From Flavobacteriales bacterium UBA6772 (GTDB taxonomy: Bacteria > Bacteroidota > Bacteroidia > Flavobacteriales > UBA7430): a stretch of DNA of 63,062 bases. A program made the position numbers and the translations under genes. This document shows, in pieces, positions 30,596 through 39,466 of this stretch (position 1 is its first letter; each line of letters begins with the position of its first letter). The notes under the pieces were generated by a model. That model was not told where the DNA came from. It did not search any database and saw only the letters and a list, made by a program, of their open reading frames with translations. The stretch is from the NCBI GenBank assembly GCA_905182215.1, contig CAJJAI010000002.1, positions 1 through 63,062 on the forward strand, given 5' to 3'.

Positions 30596-31579
30596 ATGAA
30601 AATGGAAACTTACATCAGCGATTTATTATACCGTCACGATTGTGTTATCATACCTTCTTTAGGTGGATTTATAACTAATTATAAGTCGGCACAAATACAT
30701 CCAGTAAGTCATACACTCCGTCCACCAAGTAAAAGCATTAGTTTTAATGTGCAATTACAAAACAACGATGGACTGTTAGCCAATTACATTTCTGATTGTG
30801 AATCTATTTCTTTTGCTTCAGCTCAAATTAAAATAGAGCAATTTGTTAAAGGAATACAGAATGACTTAGAACATAAAAATCAGTTTAAAATAGCCAAAGT
30901 TGGTGTTTTATCACGCGATACAAATGGCTTACTTTCTTTTGAGCCAGATAATTCTGTTAACTATTTATTGGATGCATTTGGCTTAGATACAATTCAGTCT
31001 CCTGCAATTTTAAGAAAATCTAAAGCTGTAATCCTTCCAAAACCATTTACTAAGGCTACAAAAGGAATTAAATCACCAAAGACGACTATCAACTGGAGAG
31101 TTGCCGCAGTTATTTTACCGCTAATAGGATTGAGCACCTACGTTTCATTTCAACAAGAAACAGTAAACGATGCCTATGCGAACTATGCTTATTTAAACCC
31201 ATTTAAGGTAAAACCTGCTGCCGTTTACACACCACGTGTTATAGAGGTAAAAGAAACGCTTGTACTTACGTCTATTGAGTTGAGTCCAAAAGCTACAATC
31301 GAAACTTCTGAAGACTTAATAAATACAACAGAACTAATTAGCCCTGTTGTAAACGCAATCCAATTTCACTTAGTTGCTGGTTGTTTCTCTTCGGAAGTAA
31401 ATGCCGAAAATTTAGTTTCAAAATTGAAAACACAAGGTTTTGACTCTTCCGTAATTGGTCAAAATGCAACAGGATTATTCCGTGTCGCTTTTCAATCGTT
31501 CACCACCAAAGATAGTGCACTACTTAAATTACAAGAGATTAAAGCTACTGGAACCTCTACTTGGTTGCTGAAACAGTAA
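30596..31579 (+). CDS. HU-CCDC81-like/SPOR domain membrane protein
   Basis: N-terminal LLYRHDCVIIPSLGGF...NDGLLANYI, single TM (WRVAAVILPLIGL), C-terminal SPOR-like LVAGCFSSEVNAENLVSKLK. Confidence 0.85.
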   Translation: MKMETYISDLLYRHDCVIIPSLGGFITNYKSAQIHPVSHTLRPPSKSISFNVQLQNNDGLLANYISDCESISFASAQIKIEQFVKGIQNDLEHKNQFKIAKVGVLSRDTNGLLSFEPDNSVNYLLDAFGLDTIQSPAILRKSKAVILPKPFTKATKGIKSPKTTINWRVAAVILPLIGLSTYVSFQQETVNDAYANYAYLNPFKVKPAAVYTPRVIEVKETLVLTSIELSPKATIETSEDLINTTELISPVVNAIQFHLVAGCFSSEVNAENLVSKLKTQGFDSSVIGQNATGLFRVAFQSFTTKDSALLKLQEIKATGTSTWLLKQ

Positions 31580-31942
31580 TTACCTTTTTTTAAAATTGTA
31601 AAGGAGTTGTTATTTGAATGTTCTTGGTAATTAGTAATTATAAAAATCAGTCTTCCAATTCCGACTTACGTTTTCCTTCTTTTTAATTATCAAAGTAGTC
31701 TCTAAGTCAAAAGGTCATTAAAGACGAAATTAACAAATTGTTGAATTTTTAGTACAAAATACTTTCACCAGAGACTAGCTACTAACCTACTTTTTTTTCT
31801 TACTCCTGTATTCTGACTCATACTTTCTGAAACCTCTACCCTCTTAAGTCTTCCACAATTATTAAATCATTTTCAAATCAACACATCTTCAAATTTTCAA
31901 ATTTGAAAACTTATCTTTGCAGCCAACATTAGCTACGGTAAG

Positions 31943-32464
31943 ATGAAAAACGCAAAATTCGCAAAAGAATCGGTTACAGTAATTACCGAATTGGTACTTC
32001 CTAACGACACCAATCCCTTAAACAATTTAATGGGTGGTAGACTTTTACATTGGATGGATATTGCGACTGCAATTGCAGCACAAAGACACTGTAAACGTAT
32101 TGTTGTTACCGCTTGTGTAAACAATGTAGCCTTCGAAAGACCGATCCCTATGGGGAGCATTGTTACCCTAGAAGCAAAAGTATCGCGAGCTTTTAGCTCT
32201 TCTATAGAAGTATTTGTAGATGTATGGATGGAAGATCGTACTTCTGGAAAAAAGAGCCATTGCAACCAAGCAATCTATACATTTGTTGCAGTAGATCAAT
32301 TGGGATCTCCAATTCATGTACCCGAAGTAATACCAGAATCAGAAGAAGAAAAAGCGCGTTACGATGGTGCTTTAAGAAGAAGACAACTAAGTTTGATATT
32401 AGCTGGGAAAATGAAACCTGATGATGCTACAGAATTGAAAGCACTGTTTATTCCGAAAGAGTAA
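31943..32464 (+). CDS. Hotdog-fold acyl-CoA thioesterase (YciA-like)
   Basis: LPNDTNPLNNLMGGRLLHWMD, VVTA, YTFVAVD; -7 box TATCTTTG at 31912-31919. Confidence 0.93.
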   Translation: MKNAKFAKESVTVITELVLPNDTNPLNNLMGGRLLHWMDIATAIAAQRHCKRIVVTACVNNVAFERPIPMGSIVTLEAKVSRAFSSSIEVFVDVWMEDRTSGKKSHCNQAIYTFVAVDQLGSPIHVPEVIPESEEEKARYDGALRRRQLSLILAGKMKPDDATELKALFIPKE

Positions 32465-32532
32465 GTAGGTTGTTATTGAAAATGAAAAACTCAAAATTTA
32501 GAAGTCAACTGATATTTTCTTTTTAATCATTT

Positions 32533-33492
32533 TCAAATCATCAAATCAGAAACTTCATGCTCCATACATTTAAAGTGTCCCTTTGGGCATTTTGAATAGC
32601 CAATTTTGGAGCAAGGTCTACAGGAAAGACCTTTAATTTCTACAATTTTAGATTTAGGGTCTGCCAAATAAGGATACATACCTAATTCGGGAACAGTATT
32701 TCCCCAAACCGAAACAATACGTTTTTTAAAGGCTGCTGCAATATGCATTAAACCTGTATCGTGGGTAATAATCCAATTTGCTTGTTGTACCAAGCTAGCC
32801 GATTCATCTAATTTAAACTTCCCACAGGCATTAAAAACCTTCGTTCCAACAGACTGAACTATCTCCTCTGCTCTGTCTGAATCTTCAGGACCACCCAGTA
32901 AAACAATGGGTTCCGATAAATTTCTACAAACTTCAATAAGTTTTGTCTGGGGCATCATCTTAGTCGCATGCTGTCCTCCTATTACAAGCCCTACATACCC
33001 TTTAGCTTGACCCTCTGGTAATCGAGATAAATTAACCCTTGAATTCTCAGGAATAAAATAATCCAATCCTTCATTATCGTTTACAACACCCAACGTAGAA
33101 ACTGTTTCCATATAGCGATCTACAATATGTATTTTAGGCATTCTATCGATCTTTAAATTGACCAATAACCACTTTTGAATATTGTATTTAGGAAATGATT
33201 TAGAAGGTGTATTAAGAGCGTTCTTTAAACGTAGTGTTCTTAAATTATGGTGTAAATCAACAACAAAGTCAAAATTCTCAGCTTTTAATTCTGCTATCAA
33301 TTCTTTAGAAATTTCTTTATCTATTGTATGTACTTTATCCACATAAGGATTATTATTTAACATCCCCTTAAAAGACGATTTTGTTAAATAATGCACTTCA
33401 GCATTCAATTGTTTTTTCAAACAACGTATTACAGGTGTTGTTAAAACAATATCGCCAATAGAGCTAAATCGTATGATGAGAATTTTTTTCAT
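32533..33492 (-). CDS. Glycosyltransferase family 9 (LPS heptosyltransferase-like)
   Basis: ILIIRFSSIGDIVLTTP, HDTGLMHIAAA, CRPCSKIG...C; start set at MKKIL (33492) downstream of -7 box 33509-33516. Confidence 0.93.
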   Translation of the reverse strand: MKKILIIRFSSIGDIVLTTPVIRCLKKQLNAEVHYLTKSSFKGMLNNNPYVDKVHTIDKEISKELIAELKAENFDFVVDLHHNLRTLRLKNALNTPSKSFPKYNIQKWLLVNLKIDRMPKIHIVDRYMETVSTLGVVNDNEGLDYFIPENSRVNLSRLPEGQAKGYVGLVIGGQHATKMMPQTKLIEVCRNLSEPIVLLGGPEDSDRAEEIVQSVGTKVFNACGKFKLDESASLVQQANWIITHDTGLMHIAAAFKKRIVSVWGNTVPELGMYPYLADPKSKIVEIKGLSCRPCSKIGYSKCPKGHFKCMEHEVSDLMI

Positions 33493-33680
33493 TCTATAGA
33501 ATTTGTAACAAAAATACATAAAAACGCAAAACATAAATCGTAAAAACGTTAAATATCAAGAACTAGACTTAGTTAAGAACCTCTATCGATTACAACACAA
33601 TACTCATATGCTTTATCGCTACATATGTTACTTTGTACTTTATACATGATACTAAGTACTAGATAAACTATCTTTGCCGC

Positions 33681-34448
33681 ATGATACTTACCGATACCCA
33701 CAGCCATTTATACGATCAGAAATTTTCTGAAGACCAGCAAGAGGTTATAGACCGTGCTTTTGAAGAAAATGTTACTCGTATTTTCCTGCCAAATGTAGAC
33801 CAACATTCTGTTGCAGGAATGCTAGACATTACTACCAAATACCCAAAAAACTGCTTTGCGATGATGGGTTTACACCCTTGTAATGTAAAGGAAGACTACA
33901 AAGAAGAATTGGCTGTATTAAAAGCACATTTGGATACTGGGAAGTATTGTGCTGTTGGTGAAATAGGAATGGATTTATATTGGGACAAAACCTTCTTAGA
34001 AGAACAAAAAGATACTTTCAGAACTCAAATTAGATGGGCTAAAGAAAAAAGCTTACCAATCGCAATTCACTGTCGTGATGCTTTTGAAGAGATTTTCGAA
34101 ATACTAGAAGAAGAAAAAAGTGAAAAACTAAGAGGTATATTTCACTGTTTTTCCGGCACTATAGAACAAGCTCATCAGGCTATAAACTTAAATTTTTATT
34201 TAGGTATTGGCGGCGTAGTAACTTTTAAGAAAGCTGGATTAGACAAGGTTATTGCACAGGTACCTATTAAACATTTGGTATTAGAAACCGACAGTCCTTA
34301 TTTGGCACCTAGCCCTAACAGAGGGAAAAGAAACGAAAGTTCTTATCTTATACATATCGCACAAAAAATTGCCGATCTTCACGAAGTGAGTATTCGCGAA
34401 GTAGCAGAAATTACTACACAGAATTCTAAATTGATATTTGGCTGTTAA
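33681..34448 (+). CDS. tatD: TatD-family hydrolase
   Basis: DTHSH, GLHP, GEIGMD, HCR, HCFSG, LETDSPYL. Confidence 0.95.
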   Translation: MILTDTHSHLYDQKFSEDQQEVIDRAFEENVTRIFLPNVDQHSVAGMLDITTKYPKNCFAMMGLHPCNVKEDYKEELAVLKAHLDTGKYCAVGEIGMDLYWDKTFLEEQKDTFRTQIRWAKEKSLPIAIHCRDAFEEIFEILEEEKSEKLRGIFHCFSGTIEQAHQAINLNFYLGIGGVVTFKKAGLDKVIAQVPIKHLVLETDSPYLAPSPNRGKRNESSYLIHIAQKIADLHEVSIREVAEITTQNSKLIFGC

Positions 34449-35465
34449 ATGAAAATTCTACTTATTTATACTGGAGGAACTATTGGGATGGTACACGATG
34501 CTGATACTGGATCGTATATACCTTTCGATTTTGAGAACCTTCAAGCTCAAATACCTGAGCTTAAACAGCTCAACTGTAAATTAGAAATCACTTCGTACGA
34601 GCCTACTATCGACTCCTCAGACATGCACCCTAATATTTGGGTGCAATTAGGAGAAACTATAGAAGAGAACTACCATAAATACGATGGATTTGTTATCCTT
34701 CATGGTTCCGACACCATGGCGTATACTTCATCCGCTCTAAGCTTTATTTTAGAAAACTTAAACAAACCTGTAATTCTTACAGGCTCACAACTACCGTCGG
34801 GTGTGCCCCGTACCGATGCAAAAGAGAATTTAATTACAGCAATCGAAATTGCTGCATCTACCCGAGATGGAAAACCTGAAGTACCTGAAGTAGCCGTTTA
34901 TTTCGAATACCAATTATACCGAGGGAACCGTACACATAAAGTAAATGCTGAACATTTTGAAGCTTTTGAATCCGTAAACTACCCACCTTTAGCAGAGGCT
35001 GGAGTACACATAAAATTCAACCGTAGATATACACAAGCTGTAACAGAAGAAGAACTAATTGTACACAAAACCTTCAACCCAAACATTGGGGTTTTAAAAT
35101 TATTCCCTGGGATTACAGAAACTACAGTAAGAAGTATTTTATCGGCTCCCCGTACACAAGCAATCATACTGGAAACTTTCGGTTCTGGAAATGCTCCTAC
35201 TTCAGTTTGGTTTTTAGATGCCCTACAAGAAGCTATAGACAAAGGAATTCTTATTTTAAATGTATCTCAGTGCCAAGGTGGTTCTGTAGATTTAGGTCGT
35301 TACCAAACCAGTAAAGCTTTAAAAGATATGGGTATACTTTCGGCATACGACATGACTTTTGAAGCAGCTCTTACAAAAATGATGTTTGTGCTAGAATATT
35401 CAAACGATGTAGTTAGAAGGAAAGAACTCTTAGGGAGAAATTTACAAGGAGAAATGAGCTGTTAA
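34449..35465 (+). CDS. ansA: L-asparaginase type I (cytoplasmic)
   Basis: TGGTIGM, IDSS, HGSDTMAY, TGSQ; no signal peptide. Confidence 0.93.
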   Translation: MKILLIYTGGTIGMVHDADTGSYIPFDFENLQAQIPELKQLNCKLEITSYEPTIDSSDMHPNIWVQLGETIEENYHKYDGFVILHGSDTMAYTSSALSFILENLNKPVILTGSQLPSGVPRTDAKENLITAIEIAASTRDGKPEVPEVAVYFEYQLYRGNRTHKVNAEHFEAFESVNYPPLAEAGVHIKFNRRYTQAVTEEELIVHKTFNPNIGVLKLFPGITETTVRSILSAPRTQAIILETFGSGNAPTSVWFLDALQEAIDKGILILNVSQCQGGSVDLGRYQTSKALKDMGILSAYDMTFEAALTKMMFVLEYSNDVVRRKELLGRNLQGEMSC

Positions 35466-35492
35466 TGCGTTGAAGAGAACAAGGTTAAAGGT

Positions 35493-35517
35493 AGGTCTTC
35501 GACAAGCTCAGACAGAT
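35493..35517 (+). repeat. REP-like repeat copy 3
   Basis: AGGTCTTCGACAAGCTCAGACAGAT, between convergent genes. Confidence 0.7.
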
Positions 35518-35575
35518 AGGAGTTAATTGATATTTTGAAAAAAAAAGAACTAGATACTAGCGACTATGTACTAAG

Positions 35576-36766
35576 CTAGTTCTTCAAATTCAGTTTTCTA
35601 GCTACCGAAACCCCCATACTAAAACAAGCTTGTAAAAGGTATCCTCCTGTAGGAGCATCCCAATCGAGCATTTCGCCAATACAATAGTGGTCTGGGATTT
35701 TAGACAATTCAAAAGTATCCGTCACCTCTCCCAAGGCAATTCCACCAACGCAAGAAATGCCTTCCTCTAAAGGAGCCATAGAGTAAATAGTTAATTTTAA
35801 TTTCTTGATATTTTTGGCAAGTAAACGGAGATCTATAAATACCTCTTTAGAACTGTTATTTTTTAATAACTCTAACTGAGCGCTACTTAGCTTCAAGGCT
35901 GTTTTAAGTTTTTCTGAAGTGTTTTTAGCTGTAGAATTTTTGAGCCTATTTAAAACAAGCCCTCCACTTAGACTCGGTTTAAGATCTACAAAAACTTCTG
36001 CGATCCCATTTACTTGTAGCTGTTTTCTAATTTCTGGACTCAGCCCATAAATAGCATTTCCTTCTAATCCAAAACGCGTTATTACAGCTTCACCTTTTTG
36101 CGTTTTAGAACCGCAAGAAATACTTATATTCTTCAATGGCTTTCCTTCACATTTCTGTACAAAAAACTCAGACCAATCTATTCCAAATGCACAATTAGAA
36201 ACCTCAAATGGTTTTGTAATGATTCGTTTATTGGCAAATAGCGAAAGCCAAGCTCCGTCGGATCCCGTTTTTTTCCATGTAGCTCCTCCCATACAAAACA
36301 CCGTAAAATCGGATTTCACTTCAAGTCCAGACTCAAATTGCAATGCATCTGTTGTAGACCATCCAATCCATTTTTCCTGGAATTGTATATTCACATTTTT
36401 AGAATCTAATACCTTTAAAATAGCTTGAAGAACCTCTATTGGTTTAATTCCCTTTTCGGGGTAAATACGATTACTTGAGCCTATAAAGGTGGGAATTCCA
36501 ATACTTAAAAAATAGTCTCTTAAATCTGAATTGGTAAAATTTAGTAAGGCAGAATCTAAAAAACCTTTGGGAGTATAACGCTTTACAAAATCTTGCATAT
36601 CCTCTGCATGGCTCATGTTAAAGCCCCCTTTACCGGCAACTAAAAACTTACGAGCTACAGATTTATTTTTCTCATAAATCGTAACATCAAATTTATTTGG
36701 ATCTAGAAATATAGCACACAAAAGTGCTGCAGGACCACCACCAATAATAGCAACCGATTTTTTCAT
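35576..36766 (-). CDS. HI0933/BaiN-family flavoprotein
   Basis: IIGGGPA dinucleotide motif, RKFLVAGKGGFN, GEMLDWDAPTGGYLLQACFSMG. Confidence 0.92.
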   Translation of the reverse strand: MKKSVAIIGGGPAALLCAIFLDPNKFDVTIYEKNKSVARKFLVAGKGGFNMSHAEDMQDFVKRYTPKGFLDSALLNFTNSDLRDYFLSIGIPTFIGSSNRIYPEKGIKPIEVLQAILKVLDSKNVNIQFQEKWIGWSTTDALQFESGLEVKSDFTVFCMGGATWKKTGSDGAWLSLFANKRIITKPFEVSNCAFGIDWSEFFVQKCEGKPLKNISISCGSKTQKGEAVITRFGLEGNAIYGLSPEIRKQLQVNGIAEVFVDLKPSLSGGLVLNRLKNSTAKNTSEKLKTALKLSSAQLELLKNNSSKEVFIDLRLLAKNIKKLKLTIYSMAPLEEGISCVGGIALGEVTDTFELSKIPDHYCIGEMLDWDAPTGGYLLQACFSMGVSVARKLNLKN

Positions 36767-36896
36767 AATACAATAGTAGTCTTTGTTTGGTAAAGCTGAA
36801 CATTAAAAGTGGAATTTGGATGTTAAATTGGCAACAAAGTTAGTACAACTAATTTCACCTCATTTATGTATCTTGCTTGGGCAAAAACGCCAACAC

Positions 36897-37565
36897 ATGG
36901 ATTTACAAAACGCCTTTCAGTTTTTAATTGATTTAAAATTCAATAATAACAGACCCTGGTTTAACGACAACAAAGAGCGTTACCTAAGTGCAAAAAATGA
37001 CTTCGATACTTTTGTAGAAGAACTTATTGCTCTGTTAAAAAAACAAGACAAAAGCATCGATGTAAATTCGGCTAAAGAATGTGTATTTAGAATCTATAGA
37101 GATGCGCGGTTTTCAAAAAACAAAGACCCTTATAAAACCAATTTCGGAGCCTTTATAAGTAAAGGAGGAAGGAAGAGTCAGTACGCGGGCTATTATGTCC
37201 ACTTCGAGCCAGACAATTCTTTTATGGGAGGAGGTATCTACCAACCAACACCTGTATTATTAAAAACTATTCGTACACAGATATTCGAAAATACTAAAGA
37301 GTATAAAGGAATCTTAGAACAAAAAGATTTCAAAAAACAATTCCCTGTATTGCATGGCGATAAATTAAAAATGGCTCCCAAAGGATTCCCTAAAGACTTT
37401 GAAGCAATAGACTTGTTAAAAAACAAACATTTTGTGGTAAGCCAAAAAATAGAAAACGAAGTCTGGTTTGAAGGTGATCCGCTAAAAAGGATTTTAAATT
37501 CCTATAAAACGCAACAAACCTTTAACGAGTTTTTAAATAGAGCGGTAGGAAAAGAAGTTAGTTAG
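36897..37565 (+). CDS. DUF2461-family protein
   Basis: NNNRPWF, FRIYRDARFSKNKDPYK, PKGFPKD; ATG 36897 preferred over TTG 36816. Confidence 0.9.
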   Translation: MDLQNAFQFLIDLKFNNNRPWFNDNKERYLSAKNDFDTFVEELIALLKKQDKSIDVNSAKECVFRIYRDARFSKNKDPYKTNFGAFISKGGRKSQYAGYYVHFEPDNSFMGGGIYQPTPVLLKTIRTQIFENTKEYKGILEQKDFKKQFPVLHGDKLKMAPKGFPKDFEAIDLLKNKHFVVSQKIENEVWFEGDPLKRILNSYKTQQTFNEFLNRAVGKEVS

Positions 37566-37590
37566 AAGAAGGTTAATATTTAACCATTTT

Positions 37591-37613
37591 ATCGTATTGA
37601 GCCTGTCGAAATG
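37591..37613 (-). repeat. REP-like repeat copy 4
   Basis: ATCGTATTGAGCCTGTCGAAATG shares TGAGCCTGTCGAA exactly with copy 2. Confidence 0.65.
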
Positions 37614-37696
37614 CATCAATTTTTTGATATTAAATTTGCAATATTTAATATTCAACTCAATTCAAAAAGCTTATTTTTGTCAAAAATTAACACACT

Positions 37697-38209
37697 ATGA
37701 AACCATTAGTAAGCATAATTATGGGAAGTACTTCGGACTGGCCTGTAATGCAAAAGGCAGCGAAATTCCTTAACGATATGGAAATTCCTTTTGAAGTAAA
37801 CGCTTTATCGGCACATCGTACTCCAGAGAAAGTTGAGGCTTATGCTTCTAAAGCTTACGAAAATGGTGTAAAAGTTATAATTGCAGGTGCAGGTGGCGCA
37901 GCTCACTTACCTGGTGTAATGGCAGCATTTACACCCCTTCCTATTATCGGTGTACCTTGTCGTTCTTCTATCTCTATAGATGGTTGGGATTCTATTCTTT
38001 CTATTTTACAAATGCCTCCAGGAATCCCTGTTGCTACTGTAGGATTAGATGCTTCTTTAAATGCAGCTATTTTAGCTGCACAGATAATTGGAGCAGGAAA
38101 TGAAGACGTGATGAAAAAGGTAATTGAGTATAAAAGCTCTCTGAAAGACAAAATTATTAAAGCAAACATAGAACTAAGTGAATTTAAATTCGACTTTAGA
38201 GTTTCATAA
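37697..38209 (+). CDS. purE: N5-CAIR mutase
   Basis: IMGSTSD, SAHRTP, AGGAAHLPG, QMPPGIPVATVG; -7 box TATTTTTG at 37672-37679. Confidence 0.98.
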   Translation: MKPLVSIIMGSTSDWPVMQKAAKFLNDMEIPFEVNALSAHRTPEKVEAYASKAYENGVKVIIAGAGGAAHLPGVMAAFTPLPIIGVPCRSSISIDGWDSILSILQMPPGIPVATVGLDASLNAAILAAQIIGAGNEDVMKKVIEYKSSLKDKIIKANIELSEFKFDFRVS

Positions 38210-38218
38210 TCATAAAAA

Positions 38219-38247
38219 CCCCATCTTAACAGATGGGATTTTTTTTT
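38219..38247 (+). terminator. Intrinsic terminator after purE
   Basis: CCCATCT-TAAC-AGATGGG followed by T9. Confidence 0.85.
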
Positions 38248-38259
38248 GTAAATTTAAAA

Positions 38260-38727
38260 ATGAAAAATTTAGATTCTTGGCTCGAAGCCTACGGAAAAAG
38301 TCATCAAAACAAAACCAATAAACTTATACATTGGATTTGTGTACCCGCTATATTTTTTTCAATACTAGCTTTACTTTCTTTTATTGAAATTCCGATACTA
38401 GAAGAATTTATTCCACCAAAAATTTCCAATTTTTCTACAGTATTTATATTCTTTGCCTTATTGTTTTACATCCGTTTATCAGTAAAAATGGCAATAGGAA
38501 TAGCTCTATTTACCCTTTTATGTTACAAAGGCATTTTTTACCTAAATAGCACAGACTATAAATTATGGATTTCCTTAGGTGTATTTATAATCGCTTGGAT
38601 AGCCCAATTTATAGGACATAAAATAGAAGGAGAAAAACCATCTTTTCTTAAAGACATTCAATTCCTTCTTATTGGTCCTGCATGGCTTATCTCTTTTATT
38701 TACAACAAACTTGGAATTAAATACTAA
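38260..38727 (+). CDS. DUF962/Mpo1-like membrane protein
   Basis: YGKSHQNKTNKLIHWICVP and WIAQFIGHKIEGEKPSF motifs with three His ligands; start set at MKNLD because the upstream ATG lies inside the terminator. Confidence 0.9.
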   Translation: MKNLDSWLEAYGKSHQNKTNKLIHWICVPAIFFSILALLSFIEIPILEEFIPPKISNFSTVFIFFALLFYIRLSVKMAIGIALFTLLCYKGIFYLNSTDYKLWISLGVFIIAWIAQFIGHKIEGEKPSFLKDIQFLLIGPAWLISFIYNKLGIKY

Positions 38728-38728
38728 C

Positions 38729-39466
38729 ATGAAAAAAGCCCTCTACTCCCTGCTAATAATTTTTGGTCCCAGCTCAGCACAAACCGCCTACGAAGTAATT
38801 AAGCGTGCAGACGAGCATCTAAGAGGTGTAAGTAATAAAGCAGAAATGACCATAGAAATTCAAAGACCTAAATGGACGAGAACTATGGAAATAAAAGCCT
38901 GGTCTTTAGGTTCCGAATATTCATTTATCTTCATACAAGCACCCTCAAGAGACAAGGGTAGTGTTTTCTTAAAAAGAGACAAGGAAATATGGAATTGGCA
39001 ACCAAAAATAGAGAAAGTTATAAAATTACCAGCATCTATGATGATGCAGCCTTGGATGGGATCAGATTTAACCAACGACGATTTAGTAAAAGAGTCGTCT
39101 ATATTAAATGATTATACGCACCAAATTGTTGGAGATACTATTATACAAGAACGAGCCTGCTATTCTATTGAATTGACTCCTAAAGCTGAAGCTGCTGTTG
39201 TCTGGGGTTTAATAAAAACATTTATTGGTAAAAAAGATTATTTACAATTAGGTTCTGAATTTTACGATGAAGATGGCTACTTAATAACCACAATGGAGGC
39301 TTCCGATATTAGATATTTTGGAACTAAAATTCTTCCGGCTACTATAGTCATGACTCCAATTGAAGAAAAAGGAAAAAAGACAACGATACACTACAGATCG
39401 ATTGAATTTAACATCGACATTCAAAAGGAATTCTTTTCTAAACAAAACATGAAAAGACTAAACTAA
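38729..39466 (+). CDS. LolA-like periplasmic protein ('outer membrane lipoprotein-sorting protein' family)
   Basis: Short signal-like N-terminus; APSRDKGSVFLK, WMGSDLTNDDL, EFYDEDG, FFSKQNM motifs. Confidence 0.85.
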   Translation: MKKALYSLLIIFGPSSAQTAYEVIKRADEHLRGVSNKAEMTIEIQRPKWTRTMEIKAWSLGSEYSFIFIQAPSRDKGSVFLKRDKEIWNWQPKIEKVIKLPASMMMQPWMGSDLTNDDLVKESSILNDYTHQIVGDTIIQERACYSIELTPKAEAAVVWGLIKTFIGKKDYLQLGSEFYDEDGYLITTMEASDIRYFGTKILPATIVMTPIEEKGKKTTIHYRSIEFNIDIQKEFFSKQNMKRLN

